Shown in pieces: positions 1 through 9,913 of a stretch of DNA of 64,000 bases (positions are counted from its first letter, which is position 1; every line of letters begins with the position of its first letter). The position numbers and the translations under genes were made by a program. Location of the stretch: the IMG/VR virus record IMGVR_UViG_3300032893_000005, positions 90,092 to 154,091 of that record. One strand, written 5' to 3'. Source of the stretch: a virus. The notes below the pieces were generated by a model that saw only the letters and a program-made list of their open reading frames with translations, searched no databases and was not told where the DNA came from.

Positions 1-28
1 TTGAGAAGTTTGTGACTGAGTGCATAAT
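1..28 (+). promoter_or_regulatory. sigma70-like early promoter
   Basis: TTGAGA-16bp-CATAAT upstream of a GGAGG RBS (65-69) and the first plus-strand gene. Confidence 0.4.
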
Positions 29-76
29 GAAGTTGCTCGATCCCCAGGAAGAGATCAACAAGTTGGAGGAAACCCC

Positions 77-262
77 GTGAAGTACCTTATCCTTGCCCTT
101 GTCCTGATGGCTGGATGCTCGAAGGGGCCGGACCCGATCGAAGTCTGCCGCGACTACTGCACTGGTTACCTTGACACCATAGTAAGGATCGGGACCGAGC
201 GCAGCGACAACCTTTACCACTGCCGCTGCAGCAACAGCGGGAAGAGGAACGGCGATGAGTAA
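77..262 (+). CDS. small Cys-rich lipoprotein
   Basis: GTG start after GGAGG; MKYLILALVLMAG-C lipobox-type signal; 4 further Cys. Confidence 0.7.
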   Translation: MKYLILALVLMAGCSKGPDPIEVCRDYCTGYLDTIVRIGTERSDNLYHCRCSNSGKRNGDE

Positions 263-551
263 GGTTAAGATGACCGTAGCCAAGCTGAAGACGATCAAGG
301 AGATGCGGGACCTAGCCCTCAAGCGCTTCAACAAGCTGGACGCGCAGCTCCGTAAGGCCTGCACGCATCCCAAGCGCATGTGCTACACTACCGAGAGCTA
401 CCATACCGATACCCTTGGGAACAACGGATACGGTGAGTACCAAGACCACTGCGGCTGCTGCGAAGCTTATCTTGGAGAGTCTTATAGAGCTGACGACCGT
501 CGCTACGGTGGTACCATGAACGAGCCAAACTACGAACTGAGAGAGGACTAA
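255..551 (+). CDS. hypothetical protein, possible Zn binding (CTH...CGCC)
   Basis: ORF in a tightly overlapping plus-strand operon. Confidence 0.7.
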   Translation: MSKVKMTVAKLKTIKEMRDLALKRFNKLDAQLRKACTHPKRMCYTTESYHTDTLGNNGYGEYQDHCGCCEAYLGESYRADDRRYGGTMNEPNYELRED

Positions 552-552
552 C

Positions 553-756
553 GTGAGGTACCTGGTCAAGATAACCTTGCCTGACGGCGAGCAGGTCGAA
601 GGTCAAGTAGTCCATCCCGACGGCCCGGACGGGCCAAAGCCTAAGGATCTTCGGCAGGCTCGCGAGATCGCTAAGAACATGCAGTGGCTGGACCAGAATG
701 ACGGTGAGTCTGTCAACGTCGTGAACAAGAAGAAGATAAAGGTGTGGGAAGCATGA
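553..756 (+). CDS. hypothetical protein
   Basis: GAGG RBS, operon context. Confidence 0.7.
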   Translation: MRYLVKITLPDGEQVEGQVVHPDGPDGPKPKDLRQAREIAKNMQWLDQNDGESVNVVNKKKIKVWEA

Positions 757-1076
757 GATCGATAGACTTCGGAGAATATGGACAGGGCGCTCGCTGGGTA
801 ACGCTGGAGCAGGCTGACGAGGCCAGAGAACTTCGACTAAGCTGTCAAAGCGGCATAGGTCAAGTATTCATGCACAAGGAGTACGGCGACATCATCATAG
901 CGTGGCCTGTGAGCTTTGACTCGCACTACCAGCCCGGCCAACCCACCAAGCACACTATCCATTACAAGATCGAGGGTGAACATTCACCTGGTTCCTACTA
1001 CGCCGACATGAGGGGTAATCCGTTCCTGTACAACTTCGAGTACCTAGGGGAGTTCGGAGACATGCATGAAGATTAA
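753..1076 (+). CDS. hypothetical protein
   Basis: ATGA overlap with the upstream stop. Confidence 0.65.
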   Translation: MRSIDFGEYGQGARWVTLEQADEARELRLSCQSGIGQVFMHKEYGDIIIAWPVSFDSHYQPGQPTKHTIHYKIEGEHSPGSYYADMRGNPFLYNFEYLGEFGDMHED

Positions 1077-1410
1077 CGCTGGGTTCGAGCAGAAGGATAA
1101 GACGCGCATAGTCTGGATCATTGACCAGAACCTCAACGTAGTGAGGGTTCGCGCCAGGTACAGAGCTGCGTTCTCGAGCTGGTCGTACACGTCCGTCGAC
1201 GGTAAGTCAGGCGGTTCCCACCTGTTCCCGTACTATCCGACCGTCGGCATGGGACGTCGCTCCTACTACGGAGACGGCCCGCACTACACGACTCGCAGCG
1301 AAGCCGTCGAAGACCTGCGCCCCATCGTACTGAAGGTCATGCGAGAACTCAGGAAGAGCATGCGAAAGGCCTTGAACTCACAGCTCGAAGAGTTGCGGAG
1401 TAAGCTCTGA
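1066..1410 (+). CDS. hypothetical protein
   Basis: GGAG RBS, operon context. Confidence 0.7.
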   Translation: MKINAGFEQKDKTRIVWIIDQNLNVVRVRARYRAAFSSWSYTSVDGKSGGSHLFPYYPTVGMGRRSYYGDGPHYTTRSEAVEDLRPIVLKVMRELRKSMRKALNSQLEELRSKL

Positions 1411-1754
1411 TGGAGACCGTGGAGGAACTCAAGGCTGAGGTCAGTCGCTTATCCACCGAACTGCTCGAGTGGGAGACTTCCTACACGGTAAAGCGCTTCA
1501 ACAAGAGCATCGCCCAGTCGATCCAGGACCTCGTGATGACGATCGGCTATCGCCACGATCCGAAGCAGTTTAAGATCATGCTGCCCCAGACTGTCATAGA
1601 CATCTTCAACGAAGAGCGCGACGAGTTCAACGACCGCGATACGAAGGTTACCTGGGACGCAGAGACTAGATCTCTGCAGCGCTTTCCTGTTAAGATAAGG
1701 AAAAACTTCCTAGAGTACATGGGAGTCGAAGTGGAGCTGGTGCCTTATGAGTAG
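1410..1754 (+). CDS. hypothetical protein
   Basis: TGATG coupling, GGAG RBS. Confidence 0.7.
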   Translation: METVEELKAEVSRLSTELLEWETSYTVKRFNKSIAQSIQDLVMTIGYRHDPKQFKIMLPQTVIDIFNEERDEFNDRDTKVTWDAETRSLQRFPVKIRKNFLEYMGVEVELVPYE

Positions 1755-1929
1755 GGAAGATATGATCGACGACCTAATAACGGCTGACGTTAAAGAGATC
1801 GTAGACGCTGTCAAAGCAGGCAACGAGTACACGCCAGGCGACATCCGCCACATCCTCGCTTACGGTCGTGGGTACGATACCTGGACCGACGAGGAAGTCT
1901 TGAAAGAGTGGAAGGAACGGCATGAGTGA
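1747..1929 (+). CDS. hypothetical protein
   Basis: overlapping start/stop, acidic small protein. Confidence 0.65.
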   Translation: MSREDMIDDLITADVKEIVDAVKAGNEYTPGDIRHILAYGRGYDTWTDEEVLKEWKERHE

Positions 1930-2440
1930 CGAGATGTTCTCAAACTTTGGCTCTGACCAGTCTGCGGTCCTTGACACAAGCGCTGTCCTGACTCAGGAGA
2001 TCATCGAAGAGGCCGCGCAGCGTTGCCTGGACAACTTTGGCCAGTACGATCCGCCTTACATGGTCAGTCCTGAGACCTACGCCCACCTTGAGCTGCACCA
2101 TAACCCCGTCTTCTACGACATCGTAGTCGAAGCGTACGTCACGCACCGTGGCCGGGTATCCAAGCGCCGGTTTAAGAACATCCTAAAGATGCGCAAGAAG
2201 CTCTTCGCAAAGATCATGATGGAGCACCTGTCCAACGAGAACGCCCATACCGTAGGCCGCCAGATCTACATGGCGATGGGAGCCAAGGCTGCGTGCGAGG
2301 AACTCGAGAAGTACCAGGACTCACCGGCCAAGGAAGCGGCACTCGCCCTGGTTACCTCCAAGGACCCTATCCGCTTCACGACAGACCACGTCCCTACCGG
2401 CTTCAAGCTCTACCGAGGCGAAGATGGTACAGACACCTAA
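1922..2440 (+). CDS. hypothetical protein
   Basis: AAGGA RBS, operon context. Confidence 0.7.
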   Translation: MSDEMFSNFGSDQSAVLDTSAVLTQEIIEEAAQRCLDNFGQYDPPYMVSPETYAHLELHHNPVFYDIVVEAYVTHRGRVSKRRFKNILKMRKKLFAKIMMEHLSNENAHTVGRQIYMAMGAKAACEELEKYQDSPAKEAALALVTSKDPIRFTTDHVPTGFKLYRGEDGTDT

Positions 2441-2726
2441 GGCCCAGACGTTCGAGCAGCAGGTCGAGGAGTTCTACTACTCCGTCATCGGAAGCCCGTA
2501 CACACCCGGCATAGAGGACAGCGTGATGAACATGCTTATCTTCTGGCAAAGATGCTACGACTCTGGTACTATCACCCATCAGCAGTTCGAACTGGCGAAG
2601 CCTTACGGTTTTAAGCTAATAAAGGCCATAAGGAATGTAGCGCACCGAGGATATGCCGGTCAGATAGAAGAAGCCGTGTGGATAGATGCACCGAACTACG
2701 ATGCGAAGTTTAAGTACAGAACATAA
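2424..2726 (+). CDS. hypothetical protein
   Basis: GAGG RBS, operon context. Confidence 0.65.
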   Translation: MVQTPKAQTFEQQVEEFYYSVIGSPYTPGIEDSVMNMLIFWQRCYDSGTITHQQFELAKPYGFKLIKAIRNVAHRGYAGQIEEAVWIDAPNYDAKFKYRT

Positions 2727-2739
2727 AAGGAGAACTAAC

Positions 2740-3948
2740 ATGAAGACCAAGAACCAAGAAGATAAGCCTGCGACCCCAGTCCCATCGCTGCTGACGTACT
2801 CTGCACTGAAGCGTCAGACACGCCTGACGGATGAAGAGATGATGCTCATCGTCCGTAAGTACTTTGCCTGCGAAGGATTCTTGAGCGAGAAGACTGAGGC
2901 TGCAATTAACAGCCCTCTGTTTAACGACTATAACTTCAAGTCAAGACTCTTCATCGAAATACTTAAAGTCGAGGCTTCGTCTATGAAGCTGTACAATAGT
3001 GAGGACATATACGACTACATGGTCGACACCAAGCTCATCAACAAGAGCGCAGAGTCCCGGCTTGCTGTCATAAGCACCGTGAGTAACCTCGTGAACGACG
3101 GCAAGCTTCGCGGCCTAGACTACGCACTCGTGAACTTCGACAACGGCAAGCGAGAGAGTAGGCTCTACCGCTTCGAAGACGTGCAAGGCCGGATCATCAA
3201 GAAGTTGCTCAAGCATGTGACCGTGAAGTCGCACCGCGTGGTGAAGGCTGAGCCCGTGATCAAGGCTGGCGAAGGGAAGAAGACCATCATCAGGAAGAGT
3301 ACTACGGTTACCCAGCCAACTTCGAAGGAAGTGTCCGAGCTTAAGGCTCAGCTCGCGTCTGCCAACGAAACGATCGTGCGCATGACTGCGGAGAACGAGT
3401 CTCTGAAGGAAGAGCTGAGGACGCTCAGGAACTTGGAGCGGAGCAGTATCCAGAAGATCTTGGAAGCTACGACCAGCATCGAGGAGAAGCTGTCCAAGTC
3501 CGCGCCGCAGCCGACGCCAAGACCAACCGCAGAAGTCGCCCAGCCCTTGCCCATAGACCAAGTTTTGGACATACCCGTATCGATCACCGATGCTCGGCTG
3601 ACGACGCCAGACAACCACCTGTGCCTGGTGCTACTCAACTACCTAACGCGGACGAGGGGTCCGTACACCACCAAGGTTGAGACCTTGAACTTGTGGGAAA
3701 AGTGGCTCGACGACGCCACTGACGGAAACCTCCTGCCGGGCCAGATGTACTGCGTAGTTCACAACTACGTCCTCGGTGTCTTGAACAACTACACGTTCCT
3801 GCAGTCTCAGTTCTCCAACCTGTACGACACTACCAAGACGTACCTGACGGCGAACGCTGAGGGTAAGAAGAACTACGTGAACTTGCTTGGGCAGTGGCAG
3901 GCAAACACCAACCGTACCGTTCCAGTTACTGGTAACATCGTCGTATGA
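2740..3948 (+). CDS. hypothetical protein with central coiled coil
   Basis: AAGGAG RBS before ATG 2740; heptad segment VSELKAQLASANETIVRMTAENESLKEELRTL. Confidence 0.8.
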   Translation: MKTKNQEDKPATPVPSLLTYSALKRQTRLTDEEMMLIVRKYFACEGFLSEKTEAAINSPLFNDYNFKSRLFIEILKVEASSMKLYNSEDIYDYMVDTKLINKSAESRLAVISTVSNLVNDGKLRGLDYALVNFDNGKRESRLYRFEDVQGRIIKKLLKHVTVKSHRVVKAEPVIKAGEGKKTIIRKSTTVTQPTSKEVSELKAQLASANETIVRMTAENESLKEELRTLRNLERSSIQKILEATTSIEEKLSKSAPQPTPRPTAEVAQPLPIDQVLDIPVSITDARLTTPDNHLCLVLLNYLTRTRGPYTTKVETLNLWEKWLDDATDGNLLPGQMYCVVHNYVLGVLNNYTFLQSQFSNLYDTTKTYLTANAEGKKNYVNLLGQWQANTNRTVPVTGNIVV

Positions 3949-4136
3949 ACAAGGGCGACGTCGTCAACCTCACAGAAGACTTCGAGTACCTGGGCGTCGG
4001 GCGCACGAGCCTCGGCGTCATAGTGAGCATAGCAGACACCGATGTAGAGGTGAAGTTCGTCGGTCGTCGTGGTACGATCATATGTCAACTGGATGAGTTA
4101 AAGGTGGTGCAAGATGGAGAAGAACGTAATGGCTAA
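3945..4136 (+). CDS. small SH3/KOW-like beta-barrel protein
   Basis: KGDVV...GVIVSI..DVEVKF..DEL pattern; ATGA overlap. Confidence 0.6.
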   Translation: MNKGDVVNLTEDFEYLGVGRTSLGVIVSIADTDVEVKFVGRRGTIICQLDELKVVQDGEERNG

Positions 4137-4392
4137 GGTGTACGTAATTGCGTACCTGATCTTACTGGGAACGCTGCTCGGCTTCGTGGCAGGCGGCATC
4201 GTCCAGAAGCACGAGATGAAGCCGATCGTACTGCACGACTTCAACGTGGGCCGGAACCAGGGCTTCGTGATCGGCTGCCAGTTCGCAGCCTCGAGCATGC
4301 GCGGGGTCGATCCAGGTGATCCGTTAGTTGAGATGTACAAGGAGTGGTGCACGAAGAACGCGATGGCCTTCAGCAAGATGGCGGATAAATGA
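4129..4392 (+). CDS. membrane-anchored hypothetical protein
   Basis: N-terminal hydrophobic helix; GGAG RBS. Confidence 0.65.
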   Translation: MAKVYVIAYLILLGTLLGFVAGGIVQKHEMKPIVLHDFNVGRNQGFVIGCQFAASSMRGVDPGDPLVEMYKEWCTKNAMAFSKMADK

Positions 4393-4622
4393 AGATGATC
4401 AACGAGGTCAGGATAAAGGCTCCCATGCGCCAGGTGATCGAGGTTCCAGACGCTCGGTACGACCGCGAGTGGAAGACCTACTTCTTGCCGATCACCGTCA
4501 CGGAAGAGCATCCTAAGGACAGTAATCCCATATCAGAGCTTGTCACGATCTGCCTCAACGACAAGGCAGACGCAGAGAGGCTCATCAGCCTGATCAGGAA
4601 GGCGACGAGGAAGATCAAGTGA
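4389..4622 (+). CDS. hypothetical protein
   Basis: overlap coupling. Confidence 0.65.
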   Translation: MKMINEVRIKAPMRQVIEVPDARYDREWKTYFLPITVTEEHPKDSNPISELVTICLNDKADAERLISLIRKATRKIK

Positions 4623-4861
4623 GCGAGTACGGCTATCACTACAACGTGATTCAGACCAACGGCGAAGGCTGGCACGTCCTGACCTTGATGGAGGACTACC
4701 AGCAGCATGGGTATGAGTCGTTCGGAACGATGGTCGACGCGAAGACTGGCGTCCTCTGCATACTGATGCGCAAGCCGATGACCGCCGAAGAAGCTAGGCA
4801 GAAGCGCATGAAGTGGGCCATTGACCAAGAGCGTCGTGAGAAGAAGGCTAGGTCAAAGTGA
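4619..4861 (+). CDS. hypothetical protein
   Basis: GTGA overlap, GAGG RBS. Confidence 0.65.
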   Translation: MSEYGYHYNVIQTNGEGWHVLTLMEDYQQHGYESFGTMVDAKTGVLCILMRKPMTAEEARQKRMKWAIDQERREKKARSK

Positions 4862-5511
4862 AGGTCTCGTTCGACGAGAAGATCAACCTGCTGCACGTCA
4901 CTTACCCGACCCAGGTCGAGCTGGCTCAGGCACTCGCTCGCTTCCAGGAACACTACGAGAACCCAGAACTTCGCGGCAAGGTCTTTACCCTAGGAGAACT
5001 CCGCGAGTGGTACACCAATTTCCACGGAGCTTGGACGTACTACGTGGACTGGAGCGGTTTTAACTTCCCATCGCACGTCCTCGAATACTTCAAGGACGGA
5101 TCGTTTGATCCCCTGACTGCACTGGAAGAGGAGTTCCTGGAAGCCGTCCGCTACCGGCGCGGCAAGTTCTACATCATCGGAACCTACGATGGCGACGACT
5201 CCACGGTCAAGCACGAGAAGCTGCACGCACTCTGGTACTCAAACGAGGCCTACAAGGAAGAAGTGCAGAAGTACTTCTCGATATGCTTTCACCTGAGCCC
5301 GCTGGCCGCTCACCTCCGCAAGAAGGGCTACCACGAAGAAGTCATCGAGGATGAGATGCAGGCGTACCTTGGAGCTTCGCACGAGTACCTGCAGGACCAA
5401 GGGCTGATCACGACGAACTGCGACATGAGCCCAGAAGCTCACTTATTTACTCACGCCTTGAAGATCGAAGAGATCGCTAACAAGTACCTGGAAGCGCAGA
5501 GGGGAAGATAA
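4858..5511 (+). CDS. HExxH putative zinc metallopeptidase-like protein
   Basis: VKHEKLHALW motif with a downstream DEMQAY candidate third ligand. Confidence 0.6.
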   Translation: MKVSFDEKINLLHVTYPTQVELAQALARFQEHYENPELRGKVFTLGELREWYTNFHGAWTYYVDWSGFNFPSHVLEYFKDGSFDPLTALEEEFLEAVRYRRGKFYIIGTYDGDDSTVKHEKLHALWYSNEAYKEEVQKYFSICFHLSPLAAHLRKKGYHEEVIEDEMQAYLGASHEYLQDQGLITTNCDMSPEAHLFTHALKIEEIANKYLEAQRGR

Positions 5512-5976
5512 GTGAACGGCAGCCTACTCCACTTCGAGAAGACGGACAAGGTCGTCGTTCACTACGCGAAGCTCAACTCCGTGGACCTGGGGGTCGAATT
5601 CTTCACGATGATCATGAGGCCGATCGCGTTCGCGACGCCAAGCCACGAGTACGTGAGGGTAGGTTACCAGGAGATGATGGCTGATCCGCGCGGGGCCTTG
5701 GGATGCCTGAAGCGGGCCGTGCTGAAGCGCTACGTGGGCATGCTGAACGCATCTGTCAACTCTTCAGACGAAGAGAGGCTGATGCAGGAGGCTGGCTTAG
5801 GATGGATGTGGGAGATCAACGACGTCGAGCTTGTCGAGTGTCGCCTGCTTGTCCCGAAGATGCCTGTCTACGACGTGCCGCACGCTCTGCTCGTCTCTCA
5901 CGTAGCCGATGCTCACGTCCTTCCTCATCCAGAAGGTTATGCACCGCCACTCGCATTCCAAGAACTGCAGCAATAA
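5512..5976 (+). CDS. hypothetical protein
   Basis: GTG directly after the upstream TAA, GAGGGG RBS. Confidence 0.65.
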   Translation: MNGSLLHFEKTDKVVVHYAKLNSVDLGVEFFTMIMRPIAFATPSHEYVRVGYQEMMADPRGALGCLKRAVLKRYVGMLNASVNSSDEERLMQEAGLGWMWEINDVELVECRLLVPKMPVYDVPHALLVSHVADAHVLPHPEGYAPPLAFQELQQ

Positions 5977-6006
5977 CCAGACAACCAACAGGGATGAGCG
6001 GACCCA

Positions 6007-6189
6007 TCAGTTCTGCCCCTGCTTCTTCTTGAGTTCCTTAGCCCGCTTGCGAGCCTTGGCCTCTTCGCCGACCTTGTAGCTGAAGCCGCAGGTCGGACAC
6101 TTCTTGTAGAACGAGTTCGTAGGGTGTCCTAGGACGTAGGAGAAGCACACCGGGCAGTGCTGGATGGGAGCGTCGCTTGAGTCTTCCAT
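6007..6189 (-). CDS. small zinc-ribbon protein
   Basis: CPVC...CPTC plus basic tail; start at ATG 6189 just after the upstream gene. Confidence 0.6.
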   Translation of the reverse strand: MEDSSDAPIQHCPVCFSYVLGHPTNSFYKKCPTCGFSYKVGEEAKARKRAKELKKKQGQN

Positions 6190-6196
6190 GAAGATC

Positions 6197-6919
6197 TTAT
6201 AGGTCGATGAGCGGAGTATTAGACCAGGCAGCGATCGGTACTCGATACTGGCCAGACTCAATCTGACCTGTAGCAAACGGAGAGGCGTTACCGTTCATGG
6301 GCGTACCGTTCAAGGTGTTGGCAGTGTTGAAGTACAGGTTGGATGTGGTTTGTCCAGGGAGAGCGACGAGGCGAGTCTCGCCCACGTTACTGTTGTTCAA
6401 GCACGTTCCCAAGAACAGTGTTCCAGAAGGGATCAGGGTTGAGTCGACCAGGATGTTCGTAGGCAGAGGAAGAAGTGCTATAGCAGAAGAAACGGTACCG
6501 GTGGTGAAGCGGTAGTCGCAGGTGATGTTCTTCCCGTCGCGGTTGTAGTAGAAGTTAGCCCCAGTGAGAGTGCCTAGACCGCCGCCAGCCGTGCCTTGAA
6601 ACAGGAGGGTTGTCTCTGTGCGTGGTAAGCCTACGATCGTGACGAACGATCCGAACGCTCCGCTGCTGTCAGCCAGGAAAGCCCCAACCAGGAGTGCACC
6701 AGAGTTCGATCCTCGAAACGTACTGGAGACGCTAGAGCTGACTTGTAGAGCACCGTTCAAGAGGTAGACGTAGTACATGGTTCCAGCAGTCAAGCTTGGA
6801 ACTGCGACGGTCAGCGTAAATCCAGCTACGGTAGCAGATATGATGCCGGAGCCCTGTGACAGACTGCTTGGCAGAACGTACGTAAGTCCGGGGGTTGTGA
6901 AGAGGTTGGTAGCTGGCAT
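6197..6919 (-). CDS. tail fibre-associated virion protein
   Basis: S/T/G-rich beta composition; C-terminal 'VPIAAWS' fibre-tip-like ending; end of the fibre cluster. Confidence 0.65.
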   Translation of the reverse strand: MPATNLFTTPGLTYVLPSSLSQGSGIISATVAGFTLTVAVPSLTAGTMYYVYLLNGALQVSSSVSSTFRGSNSGALLVGAFLADSSGAFGSFVTIVGLPRTETTLLFQGTAGGGLGTLTGANFYYNRDGKNITCDYRFTTGTVSSAIALLPLPTNILVDSTLIPSGTLFLGTCLNNSNVGETRLVALPGQTTSNLYFNTANTLNGTPMNGNASPFATGQIESGQYRVPIAAWSNTPLIDL

Positions 6920-6920
6920 G

Positions 6921-7265
6921 TTACTGTCCCATCAGCGCGTTGATCTCGTCGTCGGTCAAGCCCAGCGCCTTGAGCTTTGATAGACCGGAAGCCTTGGCCT
7001 TGGCCTGAGCGTTGGCGACGTCAGCTCTGCGATCCTCTGCGGACTGGTAGTTCTTGTACTCAGCCGACTTCTTGTTGATCTTGTTCCAGTAGCTGACGAC
7101 CGCACTGCGGACGTCTTGACCGGGCTCATCAGTGAAGTGAACCTGGAACTGTGAGTTCGCAGAGCATCCGCAGTACTTGTCGCCCGCGTTCTTGGCGAGC
7201 CAAGCGTGGACGAGGTTCATGTCTACTTTGAAGGCTTTCCAATCAAGGTTGATGTCGATGGTCAT
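6921..7265 (-). CDS. putative tail fibre assembly chaperone
   Basis: small gene after a fibre; C-terminal KLKALGLTDDEINALMG motif common in such phage genes. Confidence 0.5.
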   Translation of the reverse strand: MTIDINLDWKAFKVDMNLVHAWLAKNAGDKYCGCSANSQFQVHFTDEPGQDVRSAVVSYWNKINKKSAEYKNYQSAEDRRADVANAQAKAKASGLSKLKALGLTDDEINALMGQ

Positions 7266-7266
7266 G

Positions 7267-9903
7267 TTACCTCTCCCTCACGGTGAGTATGCGAGCGCCG
7301 ATGTTGCCTGTACTCGTGTTTACAAACCAGTACAGGTCTACCTTGTGATAGCCAGGGGCAACCTGAACGATGAAACTGTCAGTAATGGTAGAACCGGCTG
7401 TTCCCACCGCACTAGCCTTAGAGTTACCCACCGCAACACCGTCTACGTAAACTTGGAGGTTAACTGAGTCTCCAGCACCACCGCTGTTGGAGACGACGGC
7501 GGAGTAGCTTATGTCTAACGGTCCCCCGTTCGTCTTGATGGTGCATGATAGGTCGGGAACAGGGATTGCTGTAGTAGACGTCGTGGTCGGCGTTGCCGTG
7601 ACTCCAACTGCCTGCGACCACGCCTTCACTGCAGGCAAAGCATCCTTGACCGGAGTTGACTTTCGGTTATCGCTGATCGAGTTAGATCCAATGTTCAGGG
7701 TGTTCTGGAGATCCGCGTAGACGTTCGGCTTGTACGAGTGGATCGGAACGATGAGTTGGATGTCCGGGAAGAAGAAGCTTCCAGTTCCAGCACTCCTCTG
7801 GATGGTGATCGTGTGGATGCCTAAGCTTAGTCCAGAGATCGAGATGCGACCGGGGATCAGTCCAGTTGCAGTAGTGGTGGTGTACGTTCCACCACCGCCG
7901 TTGCTCATGTTCTGAAGGGCAGTTGCGGTAGCATACAGACTTCCGTCAACGGAGACCTGAACGCTGAACGTGCCTCCGACGGAGTTTTCTACGGTTAATA
8001 CTGCCCCAGTACCGAAGAAAGTGTACGATGCTGGTTGGCTGTTGTTGGTGGAAGTACTCGTGTCCCATCCAGAGGGGTACGTGGTGCTCGACTGTATCGT
8101 CCAGTTGGCACCCGTGTAGACAAACTCTCTGGCAATGCTCTTGTACAGTGTTCCCTGAGCTAAGATGAGAGCACCGTTCGCAGTGTTGTCTGTGAGTGCA
8201 GAAGTGCTGAAGTTTGCCATCACGTTGTAGTCAGCAATCTCCACGGTTCCAGAAGGAAGCGAAGGCTTCTTGGGCTGGTAAACCATGAACTTGACTATGC
8301 CGCCTAAACCGCTGGTAACAGCAGTCAGGGTGAGCTTAAACGTGTGGCTGCCGTAGGGCAGTCCAGACACGACCTTTACGATCTGTGTTCCACTAGTCGG
8401 CAAGGTGATGGCAGCCGCAGTGCTACCGTCGATTGCGTAGGTAAAGCTTGCTCCCACTAACGAAGACGCGGTGTACTGTATGTCAAGGCCAGTGCCGACG
8501 AACGTCAGGATATGGCTCTGCGATGAAGCGCTGTGCCCTAGCGCATCATAGCCGTTGATGGCTGAAAAGTTACAACCAGTCGACGATAACGTGGTCGTAC
8601 CGTCGTCCAAGGTAAATGCGGCAACTTGGCTACCCGACACTCTGCTGAAGTCGTCAGTGCGGCCTGCACCAAACTCACGCGGGAAGTATGTTTTAGCAAC
8701 TTCTTCGTTCGTGTGGTCCGCAGATGTCAAGAGTGCAGAAGAGGTGTTGACTGCCTGCCACGCACTTCCGATAGACCCGTCACCGTTCTGGTAGACCAGG
8801 ACTCGTCCGCCTCTGGTGCCGGTAGCGATAGCGTTGTACGCGAACGTAGACTGAGCAGAAGTGGTGTACTTCTTCCCTTGAACGTACCCAACACCAGGGC
8901 TAACCGTGATGTTCGATGACTCGTTCAAGAACTCAAAGCCCTGAACCCCGATCTGGACTGCGGACGTGAAGTTGATCTTTACGGTGTGAATGCCGAGGGT
9001 AAGGCCGGAGACCGCCTTGATGATCCCGTCCGATGCGTAGTTCCTTCCAGAGAGCACGTTTGAGAACGAGCTGCTCCAGATGTTAGCCCCAGCGGCACCG
9101 CCGTCGGTCGCAACGGTGATGGTCGCTGCCGCACTGCCGATCGCAAACAGGCAGTTCAGGCCAGTCCCGTAGAAGGTAACTTCGATGTAGTCAGAGCCAG
9201 AAGTTGACGGTAAGATGTAGAGGCCGGAAGTAGTAGCTCCGCTGTTCGTCCAGTTACCGACGAACCTTACTTGTCCGAAGGTATCGTTGATTAAGCCAGA
9301 GACCGTCTCCCCGTTTGGACCATACTCGTTTTGAATCTGAAAGATCGACTGAGAAGGTATGCGTTCAACGCCCATCCTCGCCTTCAAGTTCTGGGAAAGG
9401 TCAGCCATCGAAGCGCGGTTGGTTATGGTCGAGTAGAACGTGCCAGCAGCCGGAGTTCCGGTAGTGGTAGTGGCGGTTATCGTACTGTCAGTCTGACTGA
9501 CGAAGCCCTGGAAGCCAGACGCCATCTCAGCATAGAGCTGAGTGAACCGGTTGTCGGTCAGGAACTCAGACTCCTTCTTCAAGCCCAGCTTGTAAGCGAG
9601 GATGTTCAGGTTAGCGGGCAAGTTGTAGTTGAGCGTAACCTGCGAAGAGGTGTTGTCAGAGGCGATGCTGGTGAAGGTGTAGTCGTTCGACGAGCCGAGC
9701 GTGAGAAGCTTGCCATCTACGTACAGCAAGAACTGGTCAGTCAGGGACTGGTCGATGCTGAAGGTCATGTTGATGACGTTCTGGTTAGCGGTCGACGTCG
9801 CCGTGTACTTCGAGAGGACCGGTTGGATCGGCGAGTACGGGAGGTCGTTGGTCGTCGTCCGCTTGACCGTGCCTTTGGGATTTAGTACTTGTGATGCTGG
9901 CAT
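7267..9903 (-). CDS. tail fibre/adhesin with three repeated beta-sandwich (carbohydrate-binding-like) domains
   Basis: three copies of TF(Y/V/F)GTG...(T/V/I)DG...SGL..G.HT..I/L; S/T/G-rich. Confidence 0.7.
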   Translation of the reverse strand: MPASQVLNPKGTVKRTTTNDLPYSPIQPVLSKYTATSTANQNVINMTFSIDQSLTDQFLLYVDGKLLTLGSSNDYTFTSIASDNTSSQVTLNYNLPANLNILAYKLGLKKESEFLTDNRFTQLYAEMASGFQGFVSQTDSTITATTTTGTPAAGTFYSTITNRASMADLSQNLKARMGVERIPSQSIFQIQNEYGPNGETVSGLINDTFGQVRFVGNWTNSGATTSGLYILPSTSGSDYIEVTFYGTGLNCLFAIGSAAATITVATDGGAAGANIWSSSFSNVLSGRNYASDGIIKAVSGLTLGIHTVKINFTSAVQIGVQGFEFLNESSNITVSPGVGYVQGKKYTTSAQSTFAYNAIATGTRGGRVLVYQNGDGSIGSAWQAVNTSSALLTSADHTNEEVAKTYFPREFGAGRTDDFSRVSGSQVAAFTLDDGTTTLSSTGCNFSAINGYDALGHSASSQSHILTFVGTGLDIQYTASSLVGASFTYAIDGSTAAAITLPTSGTQIVKVVSGLPYGSHTFKLTLTAVTSGLGGIVKFMVYQPKKPSLPSGTVEIADYNVMANFSTSALTDNTANGALILAQGTLYKSIAREFVYTGANWTIQSSTTYPSGWDTSTSTNNSQPASYTFFGTGAVLTVENSVGGTFSVQVSVDGSLYATATALQNMSNGGGGTYTTTTATGLIPGRISISGLSLGIHTITIQRSAGTGSFFFPDIQLIVPIHSYKPNVYADLQNTLNIGSNSISDNRKSTPVKDALPAVKAWSQAVGVTATPTTTSTTAIPVPDLSCTIKTNGGPLDISYSAVVSNSGGAGDSVNLQVYVDGVAVGNSKASAVGTAGSTITDSFIVQVAPGYHKVDLYWFVNTSTGNIGARILTVRER

Positions 9904-9913
9904 GTCTTATCCT

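Noticed and set aside
1922-2100. Resemblance of the N-terminus to a capsid protein fragment
   Set aside because: Too short and vague to support without a profile search.
6185-6205. AGATCTTAT as a further late element
   Set aside because: Wrong orientation, and it lacks the TTA and CA at the fixed spacing.
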